From Cucumibacter sp. (GTDB taxonomy: Bacteria > Pseudomonadota > Alphaproteobacteria > Rhizobiales > Devosiaceae), in contig JBBECE010000033.1 in NCBI GenBank assembly GCA_040881985.1, positions 4,692 through 68,691 of the forward strand: a stretch of DNA of 64,000 bases, read 5' to 3'. The position numbers and the translations under genes are program-made. The notes under the pieces are model-generated. The model had not been told where the DNA came from. It was given only the letters and a program-made list of their open reading frames with translations, and ran no database searches. Positions 38,845-47,722 of the stretch are shown here, piece by piece (the stretch's first letter is position 1; every line of letters begins with the position of its first letter).

Positions 38845-39876
38845 CTAATGTCCCGCCGGCACGGGGGCGTCGCGGTCGATCAGGCCTGCGCCTTTGAGAT
38901 CGGACCAGAACGAGGCCGGAATGGCTGACTGCAGCGAAGCGAGGTTCTGCGTCATCTCGCTTGGCCGGGCCGCGCCGGGAATGACCGACACCACCGCCGG
39001 ATGCGCCAACGGGAATTGCAGCGCCGCGGCCGCCAGGCTGACCTTGTGCGCCGTGCATACGGCTTCCATGCCGCGCACTTTCGCCTGCACTTCGGCAGGA
39101 GCATTTGCATAGCCGTATTTGGCGTTGCCGCCCGAGCCGGTAGCCAGGATGCCGGAGGCGAAGGGCGCGCCGATGACGACCCCCACCCCGCGCTTCACGC
39201 ATTCGGCCATGCCGGTGCGGAGGCTCGATTGATCGAGCAGCGTGTAGGGCATGGCGACGAGCACAAAATCCAGCGTCACCTGGCTCGCCACCTGATTCAG
39301 CGCATCGTGGGTGTTGATACCCATGCCGATGGCTTTGATGTCGCCCGCGGCCTTCAGCTCCTCAAGCGCCTTCATGCCACTCGCCATCAGATCCTTTTGG
39401 CGCTCTTCCAAATGCTCGCCGTGATACGTCGCGTCGAGATCGTGGATCACCAGCGCATCGACGGTGTCGAGCGCCAGCCGCTGCAGCGCCTGCGCGTACG
39501 AGCGCAGAATACCATCATAGGAATAGTCGAATTTGACCTCGAAATTCAACCCGCCAGTCCACGGCGAACGATCGAAAGTCGCCGGATTCTTTGGGCGGTG
39601 CAGCGTGCGGCCGACCTTGGTGGTCAGCAGATAGTCGCCGCGCTTCTTGTTGCGCAGATAGCCACCCAGCCGGTGCTCGGAGAGGCCGCGGCCATACCAC
39701 GGTGCCGTATCGTAAAATCGTACGCCATTGTCCCATGCGGCATCGAGCGTGGCGCGGACGTCCGCCTCATCGACCCTTGTGTAGAGCTCGCCCAGATGGG
39801 CGCTGCCGAAACCGAAGGCCGGCAGGCTGAGCGTCGTGCTGCCCACCCGGCGGCGGGCCGAAAGCGTGAACGTCAC
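38845..39876 (-). CDS. aldo/keto reductase (D-threo-aldose / L-fucose 1-dehydrogenase-like)
   Basis: 343 aa with an AKR N-terminal pattern (LPAFGFGSAHLG...GVRFYDTAPWYGRGLSEHRLG). It is the first gene of the minus-strand operon. Confidence 0.88.
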   Translation of the reverse strand: MTFTLSARRRVGSTTLSLPAFGFGSAHLGELYTRVDEADVRATLDAAWDNGVRFYDTAPWYGRGLSEHRLGGYLRNKKRGDYLLTTKVGRTLHRPKNPATFDRSPWTGGLNFEVKFDYSYDGILRSYAQALQRLALDTVDALVIHDLDATYHGEHLEERQKDLMASGMKALEELKAAGDIKAIGMGINTHDALNQVASQVTLDFVLVAMPYTLLDQSSLRTGMAECVKRGVGVVIGAPFASGILATGSGGNAKYGYANAPAEVQAKVRGMEAVCTAHKVSLAAAALQFPLAHPAVVSVIPGAARPSEMTQNLASLQSAIPASFWSDLKGAGLIDRDAPVPAGH

Positions 39877-39935
39877 AGGGGCGCCCTCCCGAATTCGATG
39901 GCGGCTTTCGCGCCGCTCTCCACCTTCCCAGTCAA

Positions 39936-39963
39936 CTTGTCAGACAAAAATTAGTTTGACAAG
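39936..39963. promoter_or_regulatory. candidate FadR/GntR-type operator (TTGTCaGACAA palindrome plus a third TGACAA half-site)
   Basis: A perfect 11-bp palindrome ttgtcagacaa sits at 39937-39947 and fits the GntR-family GT-N-AC core. A further tttgacaag sits at 39955-39963. The site is in the divergent region between the AKR operon and the dehydratase operon that encodes a FadR-type regulator. Confidence 0.4.
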
Positions 39964-40011
39964 CTGTCCCGTCTCGCCAAATCTGACCGACGCGCGGAAC
40001 CGTCGCAAAAG

Positions 40012-40299
40012 ATGGCGGCACGCGAGGGAGCAGACTTTCCGATGGCAATACGCGGCACTTATCCGATGCCCTATCCCTTCTTCGACGCCGGGCGCCGGCT
40101 ACGGCGCGACGCCTTGCCGCGCCAGATCGCTGCTTCCATCGCCCTCATCATGCAGGGTCTTGGCCAGTTCCTGCTCTACGGCAAGCTGATCGCCGCGCTC
40201 CGGCTCGGCCCCGCGCCAAGCAGCAACCGCCTGCCCCCCGACACCACCACTGCCTGGGCGCACCGTCTTGCGGCCGAGCTCGGCCGGCTTCCCGCCTGA
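40012..40299 (+). CDS. hypothetical small protein (uncertain)
   Basis: 95-aa ORF whose third codon positions are mostly G/C, like real genes here. It ends 13 nt before the dehydratase GTG. There is no recognisable family and no convincing SD. Confidence 0.3.
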   Translation: MAAREGADFPMAIRGTYPMPYPFFDAGRRLRRDALPRQIAASIALIMQGLGQFLLYGKLIAALRLGPAPSSNRLPPDTTTAWAHRLAAELGRLPA

Positions 40300-40312
40300 C
40301 TGGAGACCAACC

Positions 40313-41488
40313 GTGCCCAGAATCACCGATGTCCGTACGACGATCTGGGAATGGATCGGCCCGGTCGCACCCATGCCGCCACATTTCTGCACTACGGCCA
40401 GCGACCTCGTCTCCGACATCACCGGCTCGATCTCGGGTTTCCGCTTCCTCGGCTGGCTGATCGTCGAGATTGAGCTCGACGATGGCACCATCGGCATCGG
40501 CAATGGCGCGCTCGCCCCGCACGCCACCAAGGCGACGGTCGATACTTATTTGAAGCCGCTGCTGATCGGCCAGGACCCGATGGACAGCGAATATCTCTGG
40601 CAATCCATGTATCGCCGCACCCTGCCCTTCGGCCGAAAGGGCATCGGCATGACCGCGATCAGCGCCGTCGATCTGGCCATCTGGGACGCAAAGGGTAAAT
40701 TGCTGAAGCAGCCGGTATTCCGTCTGCTCGGCGGTCGCACCAAAAAGCAGATTCCCGTGTACGCCAGCCGCCTCTACAGCCAGCCCGAGGATAGTCTCGC
40801 CGCCGAGGCCAGGTCCTATGTCGATCAGGGCTTCAAGTCGATCAAGCTGCGCTTCGGCTGGGGTCCCAAGGACGGCATCGAGGGCATCCACAAGAATGTC
40901 GGTCTGGTGCGCGCCGCACGCCAAGCCGTGGGCGACAATATTGACATCATGGGCGATGCCTATATGGGCTGGAACACCGAATACGCGAAGCGCATGCTGC
41001 GCCTGCTCGCGCCGTTCAACATGCGCTGGGTCGAGGAGCCGGTGATCTCCGACGATCTCGCCGGCTACGCCGAGCTCAAGGCAATGAACCTCGTCGCCAT
41101 CGCCGGCGGTGAGCATGAATACACGCTCCACGGCTTCCGCCAGGCGCTCGACACGAAAAGCTTCGACATCGCGCAGTTCGACATCAGCCGCGTCGGCGGC
41201 ATCACTGCCGCCAAAAAGATCGCCGATCTCTGCGAGGCCTATGACATCACTGTCATTCCGCACGCCGGACAAATGCACAACTATCACCTGTCGATGTCGA
41301 GCTACGCCGCGCCGATCTCGGAATATTTTCCCAAGGTGCCCGTCGAGGTCGGCAACGAGCTGTTCTGGTACATTTTCGACGGCGAGCCGGTAGCCATGGA
41401 GGGATTCATCAATCTGAGTGAGGACAAGCCGGGCTTTGGCTTGACGCTGAAAGCGCCCGACCCAAAAGAGTTCAAGCTGACCCGCTAG
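40313..41488 (+). CDS. enolase-superfamily sugar-acid dehydratase (mandelate racemase subgroup, RhamD-like paralogue)
   Basis: ORF 40268..41488, with the start moved to GTG 40313 after GGAG. Key blocks are KLRFGWGPKDG, DIMGDAYMGW, RWVEEP and GGEHE, the metal and acid/base ligand pattern of MR-subgroup dehydratases. Confidence 0.88.
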   Translation: MPRITDVRTTIWEWIGPVAPMPPHFCTTASDLVSDITGSISGFRFLGWLIVEIELDDGTIGIGNGALAPHATKATVDTYLKPLLIGQDPMDSEYLWQSMYRRTLPFGRKGIGMTAISAVDLAIWDAKGKLLKQPVFRLLGGRTKKQIPVYASRLYSQPEDSLAAEARSYVDQGFKSIKLRFGWGPKDGIEGIHKNVGLVRAARQAVGDNIDIMGDAYMGWNTEYAKRMLRLLAPFNMRWVEEPVISDDLAGYAELKAMNLVAIAGGEHEYTLHGFRQALDTKSFDIAQFDISRVGGITAAKKIADLCEAYDITVIPHAGQMHNYHLSMSSYAAPISEYFPKVPVEVGNELFWYIFDGEPVAMEGFINLSEDKPGFGLTLKAPDPKEFKLTR

Positions 41489-41514
41489 CGCCGGCAGAGA
41501 AGGGAGCGCGAGCC

Positions 41515-42396
41515 GTGCCCGATTTCCCGATCATCGACACGCACCTGCACCTGTGGGACCCCAAGCGCCTGCGCTACACCTGGCTCGACGGCAATCCACT
41601 CCTCAACAAGCCCTATCTGGTCGAGGACTACAAACGCGATAGCGGCAAGGTCGATGTCGAAGCGATGGTGTTCCTCGAATGCTTTTGCGACTTCACGCCT
41701 ACCGGCGGGCAGTACATCGCCGAGATCAAATTCGTCGAGGACGAGGCGAAGCGCGATCCGCGGCTCAAGGGCATTGTTCCCATGGCGCCGCTCGAATGGG
41801 GGAAACGCGTCATCCCGATGCTTGAGACCATGGCGAGGAAGCACCCGACGGTCAAAGGCATCCGCCGCATCGTCGAGTTCGCGCCCGATCCGGTGGCGCT
41901 GACGCTCAGTCCGGAATTCATCGAAGGCGTCAACGCGCTCGAAGCCTTCGGCTACCATTTCGAAATCAACGTCAATTACACCCAGATGGATATGGTGCTC
42001 GAGTTCGTCCGGCGCATTCCGAACGTGCCGATGATCCTCGATCATTGCGGCAAGCCCGGCGTCAAAGGCGGCCATATCGAGCGGTACCGGCGGCAGACCA
42101 AGGAACTGGCGAAGCACTCCAACGTCATGTGCAAGCTTTCCGATCTGCCGGTCGAGGCCGATTGGCAGAACTGGACAGAGGTCCAGCTTCGTCCCTTCAT
42201 CGACGCCACGCTCGAAGCCTTCGGACCCGACCGCATCATCTATGCCGGCGACTGGCCGGTCTGCATCCAGGCGACGACGCTGGAACGCTGGGTCGGGACG
42301 CTCGACCACGCTTTCGACGACATGGGACTTCCGGCCGCCGACCAGCGCAAGATCTACCGGGACAACGCCAACCGCTTCTATCGCCTCGGACTTTGA
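41515..42396 (+). CDS. amidohydrolase-2 family sugar lactonase (L-fucono/L-rhamnono-lactonase-like)
   Basis: GTG 41515. The N-terminus is PIIDTHLHLWDP (HxH metal motif). 293 aa with DHCGKP and YAGDWPV blocks typical of this lactonase family. Confidence 0.88.
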   Translation: MPDFPIIDTHLHLWDPKRLRYTWLDGNPLLNKPYLVEDYKRDSGKVDVEAMVFLECFCDFTPTGGQYIAEIKFVEDEAKRDPRLKGIVPMAPLEWGKRVIPMLETMARKHPTVKGIRRIVEFAPDPVALTLSPEFIEGVNALEAFGYHFEINVNYTQMDMVLEFVRRIPNVPMILDHCGKPGVKGGHIERYRRQTKELAKHSNVMCKLSDLPVEADWQNWTEVQLRPFIDATLEAFGPDRIIYAGDWPVCIQATTLERWVGTLDHAFDDMGLPAADQRKIYRDNANRFYRLGL

Positions 42397-42409
42397 ACAG
42401 GAACGGCAA

Positions 42410-43228
42410 ATGACGAAACTGGCAACAGATCAGCAGTTGGTGGGCAAGGCGGGCGCGGCGCCCGACGGCCTTGCCGATATGGTTGCCACCGTCAACGCTC
42501 CAGCGACGAAATCAGACTTCGGCGGCGGCGCGTTGGAGCGGCGTTCCATCGCCGAACAGGTCGCCAACCGCATCATGGGGATGATCAAGTCCGGCAACCT
42601 CAAATCCGGCGACCGGTTGCCAACCGAACAGCAGATGGGCATCGCCTTCGGCATCTCCCGGCCGCCGCTGCGCGAGGCGCTGAAGGCGCTGACGCTGATG
42701 GGTGTGCTCGAAAGCCGCCAGGGTGGGCGCTACACCGTCACCGATCTCTCGCCGAGCCGGCTGGTGGCGCCATTCAGTGTTATGCTGTCGATCAAGGATT
42801 ATGACGTCAACGAGCATTTCGAGGCGCGCGCCGTCGTCGATCTCGAACTGGTTCGGCTCTGCACCGAACGCGCCTCACCGGAGCACCGGCAGCGCGTCCT
42901 GAAGCTTGCCAAGGACGGGCGGGCCTTCCATCACGACCCCGTCGGCTTTCGCCTGATCGACATCGAGTTCCATCAGGCGCTCAATTTCGGCGCGCATAAC
43001 GGCCACTTGACCGCGCTGTCGCAGGGACTCTACGACGTGGGCCTCGATGTGCGCCGTGCTGCCAGCGGCATGCCAGGGGTCATCGAAAAAAGCGTCGCCC
43101 AGCACGTGGAAGTCGCCGAGGCGGTGGTTGCGGGCGATCCGGTGCGGGCCGTCGCCGCCTATCGCGGCCATCTCGAACATGTGCGCGACACGACCATCCA
43201 GTCCATGGCCATTGCCCAACGGAGGTAG
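42410..43228 (+). CDS. GntR family transcriptional regulator, FadR (FCD) subfamily
   Basis: ORF 42242..43228, with the start moved to ATG 42410. It has a winged HTH (GDRLPTEQQMGIAFGISRPPLREALKAL) and an all-helical FCD C-terminal domain. Confidence 0.88.
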   Translation: MTKLATDQQLVGKAGAAPDGLADMVATVNAPATKSDFGGGALERRSIAEQVANRIMGMIKSGNLKSGDRLPTEQQMGIAFGISRPPLREALKALTLMGVLESRQGGRYTVTDLSPSRLVAPFSVMLSIKDYDVNEHFEARAVVDLELVRLCTERASPEHRQRVLKLAKDGRAFHHDPVGFRLIDIEFHQALNFGAHNGHLTALSQGLYDVGLDVRRAASGMPGVIEKSVAQHVEVAEAVVAGDPVRAVAAYRGHLEHVRDTTIQSMAIAQRR

Positions 43229-43232
43229 CCCC

Positions 43233-44468
43233 ATGTCGGTCGTGAGATTTTGCGGGCCAGACACAGACGCCTTCGTTAGTTCCGTGCGGCGCCACGCGGA
43301 CGAGTTCACCGCGCGGACCGGCCTTGACCTGAAGGTCCGCATCGTCCCCAGTGACGACTATTTTTCGAACGACATTCGTCATTTCATGGATGCGGACGAG
43401 GCGGCTGATGTCTACATGTCAGGACCGGTCCTGCTCTGGGAGCATCTCGCCGCCGGTTATGTCGAGCCGCTGGATGCGTTTGTCGCCGGGGCCAGCGCGG
43501 CATTTGACCTGAATGACTTCTTTGCTCCATTAATCTCGAGCAATCGTTGGAGCGGAAAATTCGGCGATTCCCTCGGCTCCGGACATTTGTGGGAAATTCC
43601 CGTCAACTACGAAGCCTACAACCTCGCCTATGTTCCGGCGACGCTCGAACGCCTCGGGTGCGAAATTCCCGGGACCTGGGCGGAGTATTTCGCAGCCGCC
43701 GATCTGGTGCAGCGGAAATCGAACGGCGCCCTCCACGGTTTCGGCCAGCGCGGCGTGCAGATCTGGCACACGATGTACACCGGCTACGCCACGCAATTCT
43801 GGGCCTACGGGGCCAGCGATTTTGACAAACAGGGCAAGTGCGCGATCGCCTCACCGCAGGGAATCGCGGCGACCACCGCGTTTATCGAGGGCCTACGCAA
43901 ATCGGGTCCGGCGGCGTGGCTCGATCAGCGCTGGTTCGAACTGGCGATGGATTTCGCCGCCGACAAATACGGCTTCATTGTCGATTCCGACCATTACACT
44001 GCTTTTTACGAAGACGGCAGCAAGTCGTCGATCAATGGTCGGGTCGGCTATGCCTTGCCTCCGGTTGGCCCTGCCGGCCAACATACGTCGAATATGTGGA
44101 CCTGGTCGCTCGTGCTCAATGCCCGGTCGAGGCACAAATCGGACGCTTGGCGGTTTGTCGAATGGGCCAGCGGCAAACCGTTCCTGCTGCGCGCGGCGTT
44201 TGAAGGCAATATGAATCCGGTGCGAAAGAGTTCCTGGGAGGACGAGCGATTCCGCGACGCTTCCAAAGGCTGGGGCGACTTCTACGCGGTCGCGCGGCAA
44301 TTGGTCGAACACGATGCGAGGGTGTTGATTACCCCGACACCCCACTATCTTCGCCTCGCCGACCGCTGGGTGGCCGGCCTGCGTTCTGCCTTTGCCGGGC
44401 ATGAAGGCGTGGCCGAGGCGCTGGAACGGGCGGCTCAAGACATTAACGCCATCGTCGGCGCGAGCTAG
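43233..44468 (+). CDS. family-1 solute-binding-protein homologue lacking a signal peptide
   Basis: ORF 43047..44468. The only sensible start is ATG 43233 after GGAGG, 5 nt after the GntR stop. The N-terminus [12 protein letters not shown] begins directly at the first beta-strand. The upstream in-frame sequence lies inside the GntR gene and is not signal-like. Confidence 0.8.
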   Translation: MSVVRFCGPDTDAFVSSVRRHADEFTARTGLDLKVRIVPSDDYFSNDIRHFMDADEAADVYMSGPVLLWEHLAAGYVEPLDAFVAGASAAFDLNDFFAPLISSNRWSGKFGDSLGSGHLWEIPVNYEAYNLAYVPATLERLGCEIPGTWAEYFAAADLVQRKSNGALHGFGQRGVQIWHTMYTGYATQFWAYGASDFDKQGKCAIASPQGIAATTAFIEGLRKSGPAAWLDQRWFELAMDFAADKYGFIVDSDHYTAFYEDGSKSSINGRVGYALPPVGPAGQHTSNMWTWSLVLNARSRHKSDAWRFVEWASGKPFLLRAAFEGNMNPVRKSSWEDERFRDASKGWGDFYAVARQLVEHDARVLITPTPHYLRLADRWVAGLRSAFAGHEGVAEALERAAQDINAIVGAS

Positions 44469-44484
44469 GTATACCGAGATACCC

Positions 44485-44802
44485 ATGTCCGAACGCATTG
44501 CTTTTCGTATGAATCTCAATCCCGGCCAGGCAGCCGAATACGAGAAGCGCCACGACGAGATTTTTCCCGAACTCAGCAAGGCCCTCAAGGACGCCGGCGT
44601 TTCCGACTATTCGATCTGGCTCGACCCGGAGTCGAACCATTTGTTCGGCATTTTGACCCGTGCCGACAACCATACCATGGACGCCCTGCCCAAGACCGCG
44701 ATCATGCAGCGCTGGTGGACGCACATGGCCGATATCATGCAAACGCACCCGGACAATGTGCCCGTGCAGGTGTCACTCAGAAGAGTGTTCTACCTGCCGT
44801 GA
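44485..44802 (+). CDS. rhaM: L-rhamnose mutarotase
   Basis: 105 aa that aligns along its full length with the RhaM/YiiL pattern ([25 protein letters not shown]...QRWW.HMADIM...[13 protein letters not shown]). Confidence 0.9.
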   Translation: MSERIAFRMNLNPGQAAEYEKRHDEIFPELSKALKDAGVSDYSIWLDPESNHLFGILTRADNHTMDALPKTAIMQRWWTHMADIMQTHPDNVPVQVSLRRVFYLP

Positions 44803-45980
44803 CCAATGCGTTCCGCATCAAGGATCTGAGGGTTTCCGTCGTCTCCGACGCGCAGAAGGGCGGCGACTATTTCCAACAGGGCGGCGCGGCGCACTGGCTG
44901 GTCGACGGTCTCATCGCCAACCCGATGTCGGGCTATGAGAAATACCGTGAGAAGCGCTCGAGCTGGGGCATCAACGTGCTCGGCTCGATCGTCGTCGAAC
45001 TAGTGACCGAGGATCGCACGACGGGCATCGCCACCGGCAGCGGCGGTGCCCCCGCGGCCTGGCTGATCAAGAACCATCTTTCCCGCTTCATCGTCGGCGA
45101 AGACGCGCGGAACATCAACCGCATCTGGGACCAACTGTACCGCGCCTGCCTGCCTTATGGCCGCAAGGGCCTGCCGATGATGGCGATCAGCGCCGTCGAT
45201 CTGGCGCTCTGGGACCTTATGGGCAAGGTTCGCATGGAGCCGGTTTACAATCTCATCGGCGGGCTGAGCCGCGACGAAATAGGTTTCTACTGTACCGGCC
45301 CCGACGCCGGAGCCATCAAGTCGCTCGGCTTCTGGGGCGCCAAAGTGCCGCTCCCGCACAGCCATTTCGATGGCGAAGCGGGCCTGGAGAAGAACGTCGC
45401 CTTCCTGCGCCATCAGCGCGAGCTGGTTGGCCCCGGCTTTCCGCTGATGGTCGATTGCTACATGTCGCTGACCGTCCCCTACGCCATTCGCCTCGCCGCA
45501 ACCTGCCGTCCGCTCGACATCTATTGGTGGGAAGAAGTGCTGCAGCCCGACGACATCGAGGGTTTCCGGCTGCTGAAGCAAGCCCACCCCGATCTTAAAT
45601 GGACCGCCGGCGAACACGAATATTCGCGCTTCGGCTTCCGCCGCCTGATCGAGGAGCGCACCCTCGACATCGTGCAACCCGACGTCATGTGGGTCGGCGG
45701 CCTGACCGAGTTGCTGCGCATCGCCGCCCACGCCTCGGCTTACGACATTCCGGTGATCCCGCACGGCAGCGGACCCTATTCCTACCATTTCATCGCCAGC
45801 CAGACCGGCACGGCATTTTGCGAATATGTCGCCGCCAGTGCCGATGGCCGTTCGATCCTTCCCATGTTCGGCGGCTTGCTCGCTGGCGAGGATTTGCCGG
45901 TCAACGGCAAGCTCAAGGTGTCCAGCGCCCCGGGCTTCGGCATGACACTCGCCGATCGCAGCCGGCTCGAGCAGGCTTAG
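44799..45980 (+). CDS. rhmD: L-rhamnonate dehydratase (enolase superfamily)
   Basis: ORF 44715..45980, with the start moved to GTG 44799, overlapping the rhaM stop (GTGA). N-terminal blocks [47 protein letters not shown] and [16 protein letters not shown] closely mirror E. coli RhmD. Confidence 0.88.
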   Translation: MTNAFRIKDLRVSVVSDAQKGGDYFQQGGAAHWLVDGLIANPMSGYEKYREKRSSWGINVLGSIVVELVTEDRTTGIATGSGGAPAAWLIKNHLSRFIVGEDARNINRIWDQLYRACLPYGRKGLPMMAISAVDLALWDLMGKVRMEPVYNLIGGLSRDEIGFYCTGPDAGAIKSLGFWGAKVPLPHSHFDGEAGLEKNVAFLRHQRELVGPGFPLMVDCYMSLTVPYAIRLAATCRPLDIYWWEEVLQPDDIEGFRLLKQAHPDLKWTAGEHEYSRFGFRRLIEERTLDIVQPDVMWVGGLTELLRIAAHASAYDIPVIPHGSGPYSYHFIASQTGTAFCEYVAASADGRSILPMFGGLLAGEDLPVNGKLKVSSAPGFGMTLADRSRLEQA

Positions 45981-45989
45981 CCGCAGCCG

Positions 45990-46360
45990 GATTCGAACTC
46001 GCGGGACGGTTCCTTCGAAAACCGTTCACAGCATCATGACCCATTCGCTTGCGCGCGAGTGGGCGCGCCATAAGGCTCCAGCCTCACCGACGCTCGAGCA
46101 AACGAAAGCCGCACCGAACTTTCGTCGTCGAGGTGAAGGAACACGGCCGGCCCATCCCGTTCGTTGGAGAACCACACCGATCGCGAAAAGCATTCGAAAA
46201 CAAAGCCAGCCTCGTGGCACCGGTGATACCAACGCATCCCAAGGCCTAAAACGTCGCGGGTAGCATGATGGGTCTGAAAACAGGAGTAGTACAACTATTT
46301 GTTAATACACAGTAATTGGGATAAACTGGCGGTGGTTGTAGTCCGCCGCGAACCCGTCTC
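45990..46360. repeat. 371-bp repeat, copy A (direct repeat of 55619..55989)
   Basis: Base-by-base comparison with copy B at offset 9629 finds 4 mismatches (45997, 46266, 46291, 46344). The element is GC-rich and hairpin-rich for the first 270 bp or so, with an AT-rich tail (caactatttgttaatacacagtaattgggataaact). Confidence 0.93.
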
Positions 46361-46621
46361 CAAAGCCGCAGGGGTGGCCGATAGCTTCCTTCCAATTGTC
46401 GTGCCAATCGACCTCAATTGCGCGGGTCGAGCTGCAGCAATCGGCACGCCGCCGCAAACCAAGCCGCATTTCCAGAGCCATTCCGAGACAGAAGCGCTCC
46501 TGATAGCAGCGCTAGGGGTAAGAGGGCAGGTCCTGCGCCCGGTTCCGGTGACAAGCCCGAGGCCGAGTGCGGATCTGCCCCCGACGCTTGCCAGACGAAG
46601 AAGGTTCGCTCGGCTAGTCAT
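46361..46621 (-). pseudogene. disrupted paralogue of the secreted Cys-rich protein at 56101..56544
   Basis: One minus-strand frame gives YQERFCLGMALEMRLGLRRRADCCSSTRAIEVDWHDNWKEAIG. This parallels FYHERFCAGLDLKIRLGLQRRADCISPTHAIEVDWHDKWKEAIG in the intact copy. An in-frame TAG and a frame change separate it from the N-terminal MTSRANLL... part. Homology stops at the repeat boundary. Confidence 0.5.
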
Positions 46622-46726
46622 CGCCTGTTGGCGCTAAGTCAATATCGTCGAAGTGTTAGTTTCCGAAGAAACCGCCCTCACAATCGCGCTTGCCACTAAG
46701 TCGATCGGCGCTCCAATAGGAAGCGT

Positions 46727-47722
46727 TCAGACGGTTTGCCTGTCAGAGCGCGGAAGGTCCTCAGCGAGCAATCTGATCAGCGCCAACACGGTGTCAATCG
46801 TCGGCGTCGGGAGGCCGGTAAGCCGGCCCAGTTCCTGCACGGCTGTGATGAGCGCGTCGATCTCCATCGGCCGGCCGGCCTCCAGGTCCTGCAGCATCGA
46901 GGTCTTGTGCGCCCCGACGGCCCCCGCTCCGGCTATCCGGCGGTCAACGTCGATGGGGAATTTTACGCCGAGTATCTCGGCGATCGCCTGCGCCTCGAGC
47001 ATCATCGCCCGCGCGACGGCACGGGTGCCTGCGTCTTCGACGATCTCGGCCAGCGTGGCACGGGTGAGCGCCGAGATCGGATTGAAGGACAGGTTCCCCC
47101 AGAGCTTCACCCACAATTCTCCCCTAATATCTGCGCGTATTGGCGCCTGCAGGCCAGCGCGGATGAGTACTTCGGCGAGACTCGCGGCCCGGTCGGTCTT
47201 CAGTCCTGAAGGCTCGCCGAGGGTGAAGCGGATGCCATCGATATGCCGGATCACACCCGGCGCTTCCACCTCGGCCGCCGGATAGACGGCACAGCCGATG
47301 GCGCGTTCTGGCCCGATTGTCGACCAGATGCGCCCGCCCGGATCAACCGCCTCGATACGCGTGTTCGCAAGCGGGCCTGCAAGGCCGAAAAAATACCACC
47401 AGGGCACGCCGTTCTGCATCGTGACGACGGCCGTCCGGGGACCCAGAAGCGGTTTGAGAGCGCCGAGCGCCGCGGGAACGGAATGTGCCTTCAGCGTCAA
47501 CAAGACAAAATCTTGTTCGCCCAGTTCGCCAGCATCGGATACCGCCCGCACCCGATGGACTTTGTCCACCTTTTCGTCGATCAGGCGAAGGCCATGTTGT
47601 TGAACGGCCGCGAGATGTGGTCCGCGTGCCACGAGCGATAGATCGACCGCCTCAACCTCCGCCAACTTGCCAGCAAGATAGCCGCCAATCGCGCCGGCGC
47701 CGAAAACACAGACCCGCATCAC
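46727..47722 (-). CDS. 2-dehydropantoate 2-reductase family (ApbA/PanE-like) oxidoreductase
   Basis: 331 aa with N-terminal Rossmann motif VFGAGAIGGYLAGKL. The ATGA overlap with the upstream CoA ligase stop suggests coupling. Confidence 0.88.
   Translation of the reverse strand: MMRVCVFGAGAIGGYLAGKLAEVEAVDLSLVARGPHLAAVQQHGLRLIDEKVDKVHRVRAVSDAGELGEQDFVLLTLKAHSVPAALGALKPLLGPRTAVVTMQNGVPWWYFFGLAGPLANTRIEAVDPGGRIWSTIGPERAIGCAVYPAAEVEAPGVIRHIDGIRFTLGEPSGLKTDRAASLAEVLIRAGLQAPIRADIRGELWVKLWGNLSFNPISALTRATLAEIVEDAGTRAVARAMMLEAQAIAEILGVKFPIDVDRRIAGAGAVGAHKTSMLQDLEAGRPMEIDALITAVQELGRLTGLPTPTIDTVLALIRLLAEDLPRSDRQTV

Noticed and set aside
45990-46010. GATTCGAACTCGC at the repeat start as the reverse complement of a tRNA T-arm (GAGTTCGAATC)
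   Set aside because: The flanking bases do not form a T-stem or acceptor stem on either strand in either copy.
46095-46135. tmRNA-like tag reading frame inside the 371-bp repeat (GCA AAC GAA AGC ... TGA gives ANESRTELSSSR*)
   Set aside because: It starts like alphaproteobacterial AN(D/E)... tags but lacks the hydrophobic ..AA C-terminus. No tRNA-like domain (paired T-arm, acceptor, CCA) can be built. Two copies of ssrA would also be unusual.
46034-46294. 86-aa (minus, TTG start) and 75-aa (plus) ORFs inside the 371-bp repeat, duplicated at 55663-55923 and 55602-55892
   Set aside because: They have weak third-position GC bias relative to neighbouring genes and no SD or ATG for the minus ORF. 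Two of the four inter-copy differences are non-synonymous in it, and no family was recognised. I kept them as a possibility under the repeat finding but did not call them as CDS.
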